Positions 1 to 9,781 of a stretch of DNA of 64,000 bases are shown piece by piece; the first letter of the stretch is position 1, and every line of letters starts with the position of its first letter. The translations under genes were made by a program, and so were the position numbers. The DNA is from Burkholderiales bacterium (GTDB lineage Bacteria > Pseudomonadota > Gammaproteobacteria > Burkholderiales > Casimicrobiaceae). The stretch covers positions 3,478-67,477 of the forward strand of contig JANNYE010000050.1 in the NCBI GenBank assembly GCA_031409935.1. Reading direction: 5' to 3'. The notes under the pieces are model-generated. The model did no database searches, was not told where the DNA came from, and was given only the letters and a program-made list of their open reading frames with translations.

Positions 1-350
1 CGCTCGCTGAGCGCGGTCAAGTGGTCATCCCCAAGGCGGTGCGTGATCGCATGGGGCTCACACCGGGGACCAAGCTCAATTTCGTGATCGATGACGACGG
101 CAACGTCACGCTGCGTCGCCCACTCGTAGCCGCCAACTTTCAGAAATGGGTGGGTACGTTTGAGGCAAATGGCGCGTCCACCAGCGAAATCCTAGAAGAG
201 TTACGCGGTCGCCCGTTTCCGTGGACTGGCAGTACGGACGACATTCGCATTTTCAACTTGCCGCACGACGACGCGGTGGCTGAGCTCAGAGCACGTCGAG
301 CAGTCCACGCAGCGCCCTCGGCCACTACCAAGAAGAAACGAGTGAAATGA
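1..350 (+). CDS. AbrB/MazE/SpoVT-family antitoxin (VapB-like), 5' truncated by window edge
   Basis: Frame is open from position 3 (LAERGQVVIPKAVRDRMGLTPG, the AbrB swapped-hairpin motif); stop overlaps the PIN gene start (ATGA). Confidence 0.85.
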   Translation, partial: LAERGQVVIPKAVRDRMGLTPGTKLNFVIDDDGNVTLRRPLVAANFQKWVGTFEANGASTSEILEELRGRPFPWTGSTDDIRIFNLPHDDAVAELRARRAVHAAPSATTKKKRVK

Positions 351-742
351 TCGCGGTTGATGCAGATATCCTCATCGCCATCACCAACGGTGAGGCATCT
401 GCTCATGCGGCCTTGGCGTTACTGATGCATCATGCGCAAACCACCGAGCTAGTCGTCTGTGCAGCGACCGTTGCCGAAACGGGTCGCGGATTTCGATCAG
501 CCGCCCTCGTGCGAGAGTTACTTTCCGATATGCACATCCGCTATCACGCGATGTCATTTGACGCAGCCCTCAAGGCGGGTCAGTGCATGTACAGCTACGC
601 CACAAGCGGCGGAAAAACCCGCCCGCTCAAAGGTGACTTTTTAATTGGCGCACACGCGCTGGTCGATTGCAGTGCATTGCTCGCCATCGACGGCGGATTC
701 AAACGAGATTATTTCAAAGGTTTGAAGGTGATGAGTCCATGA
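347..742 (+). CDS. vapC: PIN-domain VapC-family toxin
   Basis: MIAVDADIL N-terminus, conserved E (VAE), DFLIGAHA and D in LAIDG; coupled to the upstream AbrB gene. Confidence 0.85.
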   Translation: MIAVDADILIAITNGEASAHAALALLMHHAQTTELVVCAATVAETGRGFRSAALVRELLSDMHIRYHAMSFDAALKAGQCMYSYATSGGKTRPLKGDFLIGAHALVDCSALLAIDGGFKRDYFKGLKVMSP

Positions 743-1683
743 TGTCATCGCTAGATAACGTTGGTATGGGCATGGTTACGAAGGCCGATGTGGCTGTAAT
801 TCGCAAACTAACGCCACTCGATGCTGGCGCGCTGCGCGCACTTCGGCTCTCGGCACTGCTTGCCAACCCCACCGCCTTTGCGGGCAGCTTTGAGGATGAA
901 GCGGCGCAACCCATTGCCGACACAGAACAGCGCTTGACCGCCCGCGACGATCGCGCCGTGTTGGGGGCTTTCGTTGATGATGTACTGGTCGGCAGCGTCG
1001 GCATCAATCGCGAAACGACGGCAAAGCTTGCGCATAAGGCCGGAATCTGGGGCATGTACGTTGCAGCCGAGCATCGTGGTGCGGGCATCGGACGACGGCT
1101 GTTGAACGAAGCAATCAGCCTTGCCCAAAAGTCTAGCGGCGTTCGCCAACTCACGTTGTATGTCAACGCAGTGAACGTGGCCGCTATCGCGCTTTATGAA
1201 TCATTAGGCTTTGTTACCTACGGCGTGGAGCCCTGTGGCATGCAGGTGAACGGCGCGTTTTACGACGAACATTTAATGGTGAAAGTGTTCGTCGATAGCG
1301 CGAAGATCGACGACGCATTCAATGGCGGCGAACGCAACCCCTCGATTTCGGGTCGTCGCGCATTACCGGGGCTCACGCTCGCGCAAAGTGAGCTGGCCGA
1401 ATTGATGAGCGACATCAGCGAGGATCAGTATTGTGCGGGATGGCTGACCGGCTTAGAGTACGACCTTTGGGCGCTTCTGCAATCCAGCGTGGCGCGCGTT
1501 GGCGCATTTAGTGGCACCCACCCGCGCGACATTCGTCGCCTTCGCGAACTGTCGGCTGCCACCAACGGCTGGATCGTCTGGGCGGATCAAGCTGACCCTC
1601 ACCTGCACCACATTCCGCTCGAAAAGTGGGAAGCGCATTACGCGGCCTACCTGCTCCGACACAACAGCAACGCGTCCACCTAA
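739..1683 (+). CDS. GNAT acetyltransferase fused to a C-terminal domain of unknown function
   Basis: GMYVAAEHRGAGIGRRLL acetyl-CoA motif and N..AIALYESLGF; ATG at 739 overlaps the vapC stop; extra ~110 aa after the GNAT domain. Confidence 0.8.
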   Translation: MMSSLDNVGMGMVTKADVAVIRKLTPLDAGALRALRLSALLANPTAFAGSFEDEAAQPIADTEQRLTARDDRAVLGAFVDDVLVGSVGINRETTAKLAHKAGIWGMYVAAEHRGAGIGRRLLNEAISLAQKSSGVRQLTLYVNAVNVAAIALYESLGFVTYGVEPCGMQVNGAFYDEHLMVKVFVDSAKIDDAFNGGERNPSISGRRALPGLTLAQSELAELMSDISEDQYCAGWLTGLEYDLWALLQSSVARVGAFSGTHPRDIRRLRELSAATNGWIVWADQADPHLHHIPLEKWEAHYAAYLLRHNSNAST

Positions 1684-1755
1684 ATTTTGATTCCACATCA
1701 TTTCCATGCGCACGACACACCACTCGCACACCCCCGGCAGCAAACGCAAGTAACA

Positions 1756-1956
1756 ATGGAACCGCGCGTTTCCCGCCAACACTTCAGTATCACCGACCAC
1801 GCGGGTGCCGAGGCCGAAGATCGCCTGTTTTGGCACCACGCGAGCGTCGAAGCGCGCTGGCAAGCCGTCGAATTGCAACGAAGGATCGCTTATGGTTACG
1901 AGACTGCCCCAAGACTTCAAAGAGTTCTTGAAATTACTTGGCGAACACCACGTTAA
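1756..1956 (+). CDS. Small protein, typical partner upstream of DUF6036-type nucleotidyltransferases
   Basis: DRLFWHHASVEARWQAVELQRRIAYGY..PRLQRVLEI pattern; overlaps the NTase gene. Confidence 0.6.
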   Translation: MEPRVSRQHFSITDHAGAEAEDRLFWHHASVEARWQAVELQRRIAYGYETAPRLQRVLEITWRTPR

Positions 1957-2344
1957 ATATCTGCTCATTGGTGGCTACGCAGTGGCCCATTACGGCTACC
2001 CGCGACCCACATCTGACTTCGACATTTGGATCGCCATGAACGCCAGAAACGCAAGCGCCGCCGTGAACGCCTTAGCTGAATTTGGTTTTACCGATCCGTC
2101 GGTGACGGAGGATGTTTTGTCGCAACCGCAGCTTATTCTGCGAATGGGTCATCCGCCGATGCGCCTAGAAATCATGACCACTATCGACGGCGTTGCCTTT
2201 GACGATTGCTATGCGCGCCGAAATACCGTCGAGATCGACGGTCAAACCGCACAGCTCATCAGCCTCGCCGATTTGCGCACCAACAAGGCCGCTGCCGGTC
2301 GCAACAAAGACTTGGCCGACTTGGAACACCTTCCTAAATCGTAG
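1892..2344 (+). CDS. Nucleotidyltransferase (DUF6036/AbiEii-like fold)
   Basis: YLLIGGYAVAHYGYPRPTSDFDIW and NKAAAGRNKDLADL motifs. Confidence 0.8.
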   Translation: MVTRLPQDFKEFLKLLGEHHVKYLLIGGYAVAHYGYPRPTSDFDIWIAMNARNASAAVNALAEFGFTDPSVTEDVLSQPQLILRMGHPPMRLEIMTTIDGVAFDDCYARRNTVEIDGQTAQLISLADLRTNKAAAGRNKDLADLEHLPKS

Positions 2345-2390
2345 CCACCGCGAACTTTTTTTATCCTTACCCACCCTCTTTGGAAATCCC

Positions 2391-4988
2391 ATGCTAATTG
2401 CCTATCGCCAACACGTCGCCGAGCGCGCTGCCCTCGGAATTCCGCCCCTGCCATTGAATGCAAAGCAAGTGGCTGAGTTGATCGAACTCATCAAGAATCC
2501 GCCCGCAGGCGAGGGCGATTTTCTGCTTAACCTGATCACGTATCGCGTTCCGGCGGGTGTGGACAACGCGGCGAAAGTCAAGGCGAGCTATCTCGCTGCA
2601 GTCGCGCACGGAACCGAAAAGGCGCCGCTGCTGTCGCGTGAAAAAGCGACGGAGTTGCTCGGCACCATGCTCGGCGGTTACAACATTTCGCCGATGGTGG
2701 ATTTGCTTGATGATGCAGTCGTCGGCGCAATCGCTGCGACCGGCCTCAAGAAGACGCTGCTCATGTTCGACCAGTTTCACGACGTGAAAGACAAGGCCGA
2801 CAAGGGCAATGCCAACGCGAAAGACGTGCTGCAAAGCTGGGCCGACGCCGAGTGGTTTACCAGCCGCCCTGAAGTGCCGCAGTCGATCAAGATCACCGTG
2901 TTCAAAGTGACCGGCGAGACCAACACCGACGACTTGTCGCCTGCGCCGGACGCGTGGAGCCGGCCGGACATTCCCCTGCATGCGCTGGCCACACTCAAAA
3001 ATAAGCGTGACGGCCAACCTCTGGAAGCAGCGCCGGAAGAAGACGGCAAACGCGGCCCGATCAAATTCATCAACGACCTACGCGCCAAAGGCAATCTGGT
3101 GGCCTACGTGGGCGACGTGGTCGGCACCGGCTCCTCGCGCAAGTCCGCCACCAACAGCGTGCTGTGGTTTACCGGCGAAGACATTCCGTTCATCCCGAAC
3201 AAGAAGTTTGGCGGAGTGTGTCTCGGCAGCAAAATCGCGCCGATCTTCTACAACACGATGGAAGATGCAGGCGCGTTGCCGATTGAACTCGACGTCACCC
3301 AGATGAACATGGGCGATGAAGTGGAGTTGCTGCCCTACGCGGGCAAAGCGCTGAAAGACGGCAAGATCATCGCCGAATTCAAAGTGAAGTCCGACGTGCT
3401 GTTCGACGAGGTGCGCGCCGGTGGCCGCATTCCGTTGATTGTGGGCCGCGGACTTACCAGCAAAGCGCGTGAAGCTTTGGGCCTGCCCGTCAGCACGCTG
3501 TTCCGTCTTCCCGATGTGCCAAAAGACACCGGCAAGGGCTACACGCTCGCACAAAAAATGGTCGGTCGTGCTTGTGGATTGCCCGAGGGCACGGGCATGC
3601 GTCCCGGCACTTACTGCGAGCCCAGAATGACCTCGGTCGGCTCGCAGGACACGACCGGTCCTATGACGCGCGACGAGTTGAAAGACCTCGCATGTTTGGG
3701 CTTTTCGTCCGATCTCGTGATGCAATCGTTTTGCCATACGGCGGCGTATCCGAAGCCCGTGGACGTGAAGATGCATCACGAGCTGCCAGACTTCATGGCG
3801 ACACGCGGCGGCATCTCCCTGCGTCCCGGCGACGGCATCATCCACTCGTGGTTGAACCGTATGCTGTTGCCGGATACGGTAGGCACCGGTGGCGACAGCC
3901 ACACGCGTTTCCCGATTGGCATTTCGTTCCCGGCGGGCTCCGGCCTCGTCGCGTTTGCAGCAGCCACTGGCGTGATGCCGCTCGATATGCCGGAGAGCGT
4001 GCTGGTGCGCTTCAAAGGCACCCTACAGCCCGGCGTGACGCTGCGCGACCTCGTACACGCCATTCCGCTTTACGCCATCAAGGCGGGCCATTTAACGGTC
4101 GCCAAACAGGGCAAGATCAACCTTTTCTCGGGCCGCATTCTTGAAATCGAAGGCTTGCCAGATTTGAAGATTGAGCAGGCATTCGAGTTGGCCGACGCGT
4201 CCGCTGAGCGTAGCGCGGCGGGGTGCACGGTAGCGTTGAATCAAGCGCCCGTGATCGAGTATTTAAACTCGAATATCACGCTGCTCAAATCGATGATTGC
4301 CGACGGTTACGCCGACCCGCGCTCCATCGCCCGCCGCATCAAAGCGATGGAAGCCTGGCTCGCCGATCCGAAGCTGCTCAAGGGCGATGCTGATGCGGAA
4401 TACGCCGCCATCATCGAAATCGACCTCGCTGAAATCACCGAGCCGATCGTGTGCTGCCCGAACGATCCCGATGACGCAAAAACGCTGTCCGACGTCGCAG
4501 GTGCCCAGATTGATGAGGTGTTCATCGGCAGTTGCATGACCAACATCGGCCACTTCCGCGCCGCCGCCAAACTGCTCGAAGGCAAGCGCGACATGCCCGC
4601 GAAACTGTGGATCGCGCCGCCGACCAAAATGGATGCGCATCAGTTGTCCGAGGAAGGCCACTATGGCACCTTCGGCACCGCTGGCGCGCGCATGGAAATG
4701 CCCGGCTGCTCGCTGTGCATGGGCAATCAGGCGCAGGTGAAAGAAGGCGCGACGGTGATGTCCACGTCAACGCGCAACTTCCCGAACCGCCTCGGTAAAA
4801 ACTCGAACGTGTATCTGGGCAGCGCGGAGCTCGCGGCCATCTGCTCCAAGCTCGGCCGCATCCCGACCAAAGTGGAATACCTTGCCGACATGGGCGTGCT
4901 GACGCTGGCCAGCGCAGGCATTTACAAGTACATGAATTTCGACCAGATGCCGGAGTTCATCGAAAAGGCGGAGACGGTCGCGGCGTAA
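2391..4988 (+). CDS. acnB: Aconitate hydratase B / 2-methylisocitrate dehydratase
   Basis: TGETNTDDLSPAPDAWSRPDIPLHA, GSQDTTGPMTRDELK, IGSCMTN, PGCSLCMGNQA. Confidence 0.97.
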   Translation: MLIAYRQHVAERAALGIPPLPLNAKQVAELIELIKNPPAGEGDFLLNLITYRVPAGVDNAAKVKASYLAAVAHGTEKAPLLSREKATELLGTMLGGYNISPMVDLLDDAVVGAIAATGLKKTLLMFDQFHDVKDKADKGNANAKDVLQSWADAEWFTSRPEVPQSIKITVFKVTGETNTDDLSPAPDAWSRPDIPLHALATLKNKRDGQPLEAAPEEDGKRGPIKFINDLRAKGNLVAYVGDVVGTGSSRKSATNSVLWFTGEDIPFIPNKKFGGVCLGSKIAPIFYNTMEDAGALPIELDVTQMNMGDEVELLPYAGKALKDGKIIAEFKVKSDVLFDEVRAGGRIPLIVGRGLTSKAREALGLPVSTLFRLPDVPKDTGKGYTLAQKMVGRACGLPEGTGMRPGTYCEPRMTSVGSQDTTGPMTRDELKDLACLGFSSDLVMQSFCHTAAYPKPVDVKMHHELPDFMATRGGISLRPGDGIIHSWLNRMLLPDTVGTGGDSHTRFPIGISFPAGSGLVAFAAATGVMPLDMPESVLVRFKGTLQPGVTLRDLVHAIPLYAIKAGHLTVAKQGKINLFSGRILEIEGLPDLKIEQAFELADASAERSAAGCTVALNQAPVIEYLNSNITLLKSMIADGYADPRSIARRIKAMEAWLADPKLLKGDADAEYAAIIEIDLAEITEPIVCCPNDPDDAKTLSDVAGAQIDEVFIGSCMTNIGHFRAAAKLLEGKRDMPAKLWIAPPTKMDAHQLSEEGHYGTFGTAGARMEMPGCSLCMGNQAQVKEGATVMSTSTRNFPNRLGKNSNVYLGSAELAAICSKLGRIPTKVEYLADMGVLTLASAGIYKYMNFDQMPEFIEKAETVAA

Positions 4989-5009
4989 CGCGTAGCGATC
5001 ATCGAACGC

Positions 5010-5032
5010 AAACGGCTCTACGGAGCCGTTTT
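5010..5032 (+). terminator. Intrinsic terminator of acnB
   Basis: AAACGGCTC-TACG-GAGCCGTTTT hairpin after the stop. Confidence 0.7.
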
Positions 5033-5055
5033 CACATGCAGGGCGGGGCGCGTTT

Positions 5056-5457
5056 TCAGGGGGACGGAGAGCGTCCAATCTGCGCGACGCCCTCCGGAAA
5101 AAAGGGCGACACAAATGCGAAGTATGCGCGCGGGCCATCGTGCGAATGTCGGCGCACCGAGGCCTTAATTTTGTCGATGCGAGCGACAAATTCCTTGAGC
5201 GTCAAATCGTTGAATTTGCCGATGCGTTCCACGCCGATTTGTACGCAGACGGCAACAATGGGCGCGACCGCTTCGGACTGCGAGACGCGCTCATTCTGGG
5301 CAAAACCGAAATGTTGTTTGATCGCGATCTTGGCGTTATCGAGGGCAAGTTCACACATAGCATCGGTGAGGCCAGCATTGCGCCGATAGCACTGCATAAG
5401 GCCCGCCTCAATGTTCTGGCAGACGTCAAGGTGTGGATCGTCGTTAAAGTCTTTCAT
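5056..5457 (-). CDS. Hypothetical protein
   Basis: Protein-like ORF (MKDFNDDPHLDVCQNIEAGL...SVRRHSHDGPRAYFAFV); start chosen at the internal ATG. Confidence 0.6.
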   Translation of the reverse strand: MKDFNDDPHLDVCQNIEAGLMQCYRRNAGLTDAMCELALDNAKIAIKQHFGFAQNERVSQSEAVAPIVAVCVQIGVERIGKFNDLTLKEFVARIDKIKASVRRHSHDGPRAYFAFVSPFFPEGVAQIGRSPSP

Positions 5458-5757
5458 TGGGCAGAAATTCCATTTCCAATTCAATGCGATTGGTTGTTGC
5501 TCCTCCTTGCCGTGTCCACGCACAGTCTGCGTCGTCGCGCCTAGTCTCTCATTGAACTGGAAACGGAACAAGGTGAGTTGAAGGACGATCAGTCATGGAG
5601 CAGGTGAGTGGAGCCGTCGTGCGGCACGACAGTTTGGTTACGGCAACGATGTCAATTTTTTCTGGTCATTGGAATGATGTCGAAACCCAGCGAACGTAGC
5701 GATGGCGGCACCTTGGTCGACATCAAAATGGCTCCAGATTGACTCCGGCGACGCCCA

Positions 5758-6831
5758 TTACTGTTTTTGAATCTTCGCACGCTCGATGACTAGCGCCCAT
5801 TTCTTGACGTCGCCATCAAGCAATTGTGCCAACTGCTCGGGCGTGCTGCTTTGCGCAACGAGCGTCAAATCACTGAGGCGTTGTTTGACCTCCGGCAAGG
5901 CAAGTATGCGCACCAATTCGCGGTTGAGTTTTGTGACGATGTGCATCGGTGTTTTCGCTGGAACAGCTAGCCCGTTCCATGACGCAGCGCTGAAGTTGGC
6001 GAGCGATCCACCGGCTTCGCGCGCGGTGGGCACATCGGGCAATACAAGGGCGCGTTGGTCACCAAGCAGCGCGATGGGTCGCAACGCCTTCGATGTAATT
6101 TGCGGCATCAGCGGGCCCAAAATTTCCACCATCGCGTCGACGTTGCCGCCACGCAAGGCGGCGATCACCGGAGGCGTGCCGTTGAACGGGACGACCTGCA
6201 CGTCAATACCAGCGGCGCTCTTGAATAATTCTGCCGCGAGATTTTGCGTGGTGCCAACTTGCGGCGTGCCGACATTCAGCTTGCCTGGATTGGCTTTGGC
6301 GTAGGCGAGCAATTCAGCGAAGTTTGTGAATTTTCCGCCTTCGGTGACAGCGATGGCGAGATCGAATGATGCGAGTTTTGACACGGGTGCGAAGTCTTTA
6401 CGCGTGTCGAATGGCAACGATTTAAAGAGCGCCGCGCTAACCGCCGTACCGCTCGAAATCAGCAAAATCGTATGCCCGTCGGAATCTGCTTTGGCGACTT
6501 GCTCACCCGCTATCACGCCACCTGCGCTTGGCTTGTTTTCTATAATGACCGGTTGACCCAACGCCTCAGATAACTTCTGCCCGACCGTACGTGCCGTGAT
6601 GTCCGCCGCGCCGCCGGGGGCGTTGGGGACGACGATTTTTATGGGCTTGGTGGGGAAGGTTTGGGCGGATGCGGCGACGCCAAAAGACAAAGCAAATAAC
6701 ACAGCAACAGCAGCGTGCAAAGCCCTCCCAACATTGTGGGAGCGGTTCCACCGCGACTTCCAACTTGCGGTTGATGCATCGCGGTGGAACCGCTCCCACA
6801 AAGACAAATTTACGGTGGATGCAACGAACAT
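5758..6831 (-). CDS. Bug/TctC tripartite tricarboxylate transporter substrate-binding protein (start uncertain)
   Basis: FPTKPIKIVVPNAPGGAADITAR, ENKPSAGG, PAKTP motifs; a REP doublet lies in the N-terminal region. Confidence 0.9.
   Translation of the reverse strand: MFVASTVNLSLWERFHRDASTASWKSRWNRSHNVGRALHAAVAVLFALSFGVAASAQTFPTKPIKIVVPNAPGGAADITARTVGQKLSEALGQPVIIENKPSAGGVIAGEQVAKADSDGHTILLISSGTAVSAALFKSLPFDTRKDFAPVSKLASFDLAIAVTEGGKFTNFAELLAYAKANPGKLNVGTPQVGTTQNLAAELFKSAAGIDVQVVPFNGTPPVIAALRGGNVDAMVEILGPLMPQITSKALRPIALLGDQRALVLPDVPTAREAGGSLANFSAASWNGLAVPAKTPMHIVTKLNRELVRILALPEVKQRLSDLTLVAQSSTPEQLAQLLDGDVKKWALVIERAKIQKQ
6734..6801. repeat. REP doublet (GTGGGAGCGG family)
   Basis: TTGTGGGAGCGGTTCCACCGCGA ... 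TCGCGGTGGAACCGCTCCCACAA inverted pair. Confidence 0.85.
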
Positions 6832-6838
6832 AGCAGGC

Positions 6839-6866
6839 AAAAAAAATGATGGCGAACCATCATTCT
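6839..6866 (-). terminator. Intrinsic terminator of the DEAD-box helicase gene
   Basis: AATGATGG-TTCG-CCATCATT hairpin with a U-run on the minus strand. Confidence 0.75.
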
Positions 6867-6908
6867 CTATCAGGGCGCGTTAAAGCGCGCCCTTTGAGGT
6901 CGGTAAAC

Positions 6909-9032
6909 CTATTCGCCGCCCAAACCTGCCGCAGCGCGTGCCGCGTATTCGGCCTGCTTTTCGGCGCGACGTGCGGCGCGGTTGCCACCGTCTGCGGCTT
7001 GCGTCACGGCTGGGCCAGCGGGCTTGTCGCCACGACGCTCAGCGCGGTTGTCGTGCGAGAACTCGGCGCGTGAACCACGCGGCGCTGCGTCTACGCGCGC
7101 TGGGCGCTGAAACGGCAGATCATCATGACCGGCACGATCTGCCCGCTCAACACGCGGTGCGAATTCGCGACGTTGCGTTGGTGCTGCATCAGCATATTCG
7201 CGACGTGGCGCGGAACGATCATTACCGCCCCAAGCTGGACGCGAATCACGGTCACCCGCGCCGCCAAACGAACGGCCACCGCGATCTGCACGGTCATTGA
7301 AGGCCGGACGGTCAGCGCCATAACGAGTTGGTGCGCGATCTTCACGCGGCGCAAAACTGCGCTCGCCACGATCAGCGAAATCACGACGCGGAGCCGCGTC
7401 ACGATTGAACGTTGAAGCAGATCCAGAGTTTCGATCTTCGCCATAACGTGGACGATCAACCGGCGCACGATCAAATGAACGTGGCGCAGCATCAGCTACT
7501 GGAGCTGGTGAATACGGACGGGGTGCGCGATCAAACGAACGCTCGCCACCGCCTGAATAACCACCGTAGCCACCACCCGCGCTGTTGCCAGACCCGCCGC
7601 CGCCGAAGCCACGGTTGCCACCGGCATTGCCGCGGTCATATCCACCGCGATTGCCGCCGCCAGCGTATCCGCCACCGCCGCCATAGCCGCCGCCTCCACC
7701 GCCATAACCACCACCTGCTGCAGGTGGCTTGTTCTGTGGCTCATGACCGGCGACTACGGCCTCGTCAATGCGCTGCTGGGTGAAGCGCTCAATGTTGCGA
7801 ATTTTGTAACGATCACGGAAGCCCGCGAGCGTGATTGCCAAGCCGCTTTTGCCAGCGCGACCGGTACGACCGATGCGATGGATGTAATCCTCTGGTTTCA
7901 TCGGCAGACCATAGTTGATCACGTGGGTGATCGATGGCACGTCGATGCCGCGCGCGGCAACGTCGGTGGCAATCAACACTTTGATGGTGCCATCGCGCAG
8001 CGACTTCAGACGACGGGTACGAATCATTTGTGGCATTGCGCCGTGCAGGCCCGCAGCCGCGTAGCCCGCGCCGCGCAGTTCATCAGCCAGTTCGTCGGTT
8101 TCGATTTGCGTGGCGGTGAAAATCACCGCCTGATCCATCGATTCGTCTTGCAGGTAATGCTCAAGAATCGCGTTCTTGTGCGTCATGTCGTCGTACCAAT
8201 GCAGACGCTGCTCGATGTTTTGATGGGCGTCCTGAGCGGTCGCCAATTCGATGCGTTTCGGGCTGCGCATCACGGCAGCAGCAAGCTGCATCACGCGTGG
8301 CGCGAAGGTGGCCGAGAACATCATGGTGCGTTCGCGGCGTTGCGTGGCTACGTGGATCGCTTCCAAATCTTCCGAGAAGCCGAGGTCGAGCATACGGTCG
8401 GCCTCATCCACGACCAGCGTTTGCACGCAGTCGAGATCGATCTGTCCGTTGCGGTTCAAGTCGAGCAAACGACCGGGCGTTGCAACGACTAAGTTCGCGC
8501 CGCGAAGGTCCATCAATTGTTTGCCGAACGCCGTGCCGCCGACCACGTTGGCGATGCGAATGCCGCGTACGAAGCGAACAAGACCAATCGCTTCTTCAGC
8601 GACTTGCGCGGCGAGTTCGCGGGTGGGGCACAGGATCAATACGCGTGGCGATGCGCCAGCGCGGTGTTTGCGTGCAGCCTGCTCGCCCTTGGACATCGCC
8701 GGGGTTTCGAGCAGCGCGTGCAGCGCGGGCAACAGGAAAGCAGCGGTTTTGCCGCTACCGGTTTGGCTAGATACCATCCAGTCGCCGCCTGCAAGGGCGT
8801 TGGGGATAGTTTGTAATTGAACGGCGGTAGGCTCGGTGTAGCCGAGCTCGGCGACCGCTTGCAGCAGCGCAGGATTCAGGTGCAGCGCGGCAAAGCCGGT
8901 CAGCGGGGGTAGCTCAACGCCGGTGTCGTCGTCGAGGTTGGAAAAATCTTGGGCAGCATCAATGTGCGCCAGCGCTAGATCTGGCGTCGCTTCAAAGTTG
9001 TTTTCAGTGTCGTGTTGGTTTTGCAAACTCAT
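6909..9032 (-). CDS. DEAD-box RNA helicase with a long Gly/Arg-rich C-terminal tail
   Basis: SQTGSGKT, PTRELA, TPGRLLD, DEAD, SAT, ARGID, HRIGRTGR motifs. Confidence 0.95.
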   Translation of the reverse strand: MSLQNQHDTENNFEATPDLALAHIDAAQDFSNLDDDTGVELPPLTGFAALHLNPALLQAVAELGYTEPTAVQLQTIPNALAGGDWMVSSQTGSGKTAAFLLPALHALLETPAMSKGEQAARKHRAGASPRVLILCPTRELAAQVAEEAIGLVRFVRGIRIANVVGGTAFGKQLMDLRGANLVVATPGRLLDLNRNGQIDLDCVQTLVVDEADRMLDLGFSEDLEAIHVATQRRERTMMFSATFAPRVMQLAAAVMRSPKRIELATAQDAHQNIEQRLHWYDDMTHKNAILEHYLQDESMDQAVIFTATQIETDELADELRGAGYAAAGLHGAMPQMIRTRRLKSLRDGTIKVLIATDVAARGIDVPSITHVINYGLPMKPEDYIHRIGRTGRAGKSGLAITLAGFRDRYKIRNIERFTQQRIDEAVVAGHEPQNKPPAAGGGYGGGGGGYGGGGGYAGGGNRGGYDRGNAGGNRGFGGGGSGNSAGGGYGGYSGGGERSFDRAPRPYSPAPVADAAPRSFDRAPVDRPRYGEDRNSGSASTFNRDAAPRRDFADRGERSFAPREDRAPTRYGADRPAFNDRADRGGRSFGGAGDRDSRPAWGGNDRSAPRREYADAAPTQRREFAPRVERADRAGHDDLPFQRPARVDAAPRGSRAEFSHDNRAERRGDKPAGPAVTQAADGGNRAARRAEKQAEYAARAAAGLGGE

Positions 9033-9377
9033 GTCTATTCTTGCGGCAGCACAAAGCGTGCTGTCGCAACCTTCAAAAAATTAAGGACGTGTGTTGATCG
9101 AATCTGATGCCAAACGCGTCGACCAACAAACGGAACATGACTAAAACCGATGTCGCCAGCACTAATTGCGTAGAGCTTGCGAGGGCTTTTTTGCGTTCTG
9201 CGTCGCTGAAACTGTGCACCTTTCGGTGCGCTTTCAGGAACTATGCGGGACGATGCACTAAGCAGCGAACATTTCATGCTTTCTCAAGCAAGCTGCATAT
9301 TTTGGCATGTTGCAGCGCAAAAAGATAGTGTTTACGGCAAATGGGCTGGAGCAAGCGCTCCACCGCTGTCGGCGAAA

Positions 9378-9599
9378 TTACCGAACCGCGCGCAAGACCA
9401 ATGCCACCAGCATGATTAGGCTACCCACCAGCAACACCGCACAAATTACGCCCGCCGCCGCAAAGTGCTTGAAACTCAAGCCCGTCGGAGGATGCAGATG
9501 GTCTTTTTCGCTACCCAACGCAGGCAACACGCGAAGGATTGTGCGCATGGCATACAGCACGCAGCGGAAGTGATTGACGGGCGGATTCACAGTGCTCAA
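9378..9599 (-). CDS. Small membrane protein (DUF2970-like)
   Basis: C-terminal hydrophobic helix HFAAAGVICAVLLVGSLIMLVALVL; size typical of the family. Confidence 0.55.
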   Translation of the reverse strand: MSTVNPPVNHFRCVLYAMRTILRVLPALGSEKDHLHPPTGLSFKHFAAAGVICAVLLVGSLIMLVALVLRAVR

Positions 9600-9618
9600 G
9601 TTTAATCGACGCCTTTTC

Positions 9619-9732
9619 AGCTTTTTGATGTAACCGTTGTTTTACGTGGTCTAACGGCACGAAAGACTCAAAGTCGACAATCAACGAATTTGCATCCCAG
9701 CCCCAATATAACGGTCATTTCACCTCAAAGTT
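9619..9732. repeat. 114-bp dyad-symmetric element, copy A
   Basis: AGCTTTT...GGTCTA...GTCGAC(9673-9678)...CAGCCC...TTTCA...AAAGTT; ends equidistant from the centre. Confidence 0.8.
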
Positions 9733-9781
9733 GATGATTCATTGACGCGCGCGCTCACAGCCAAGCGACTAGCATTAATTG

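Noticed and set aside
5460-5755. Possible small gene or ncRNA between the hypothetical gene and the Bug gene
   Set aside because: No convincing ORF, RBS or stable structure seen.
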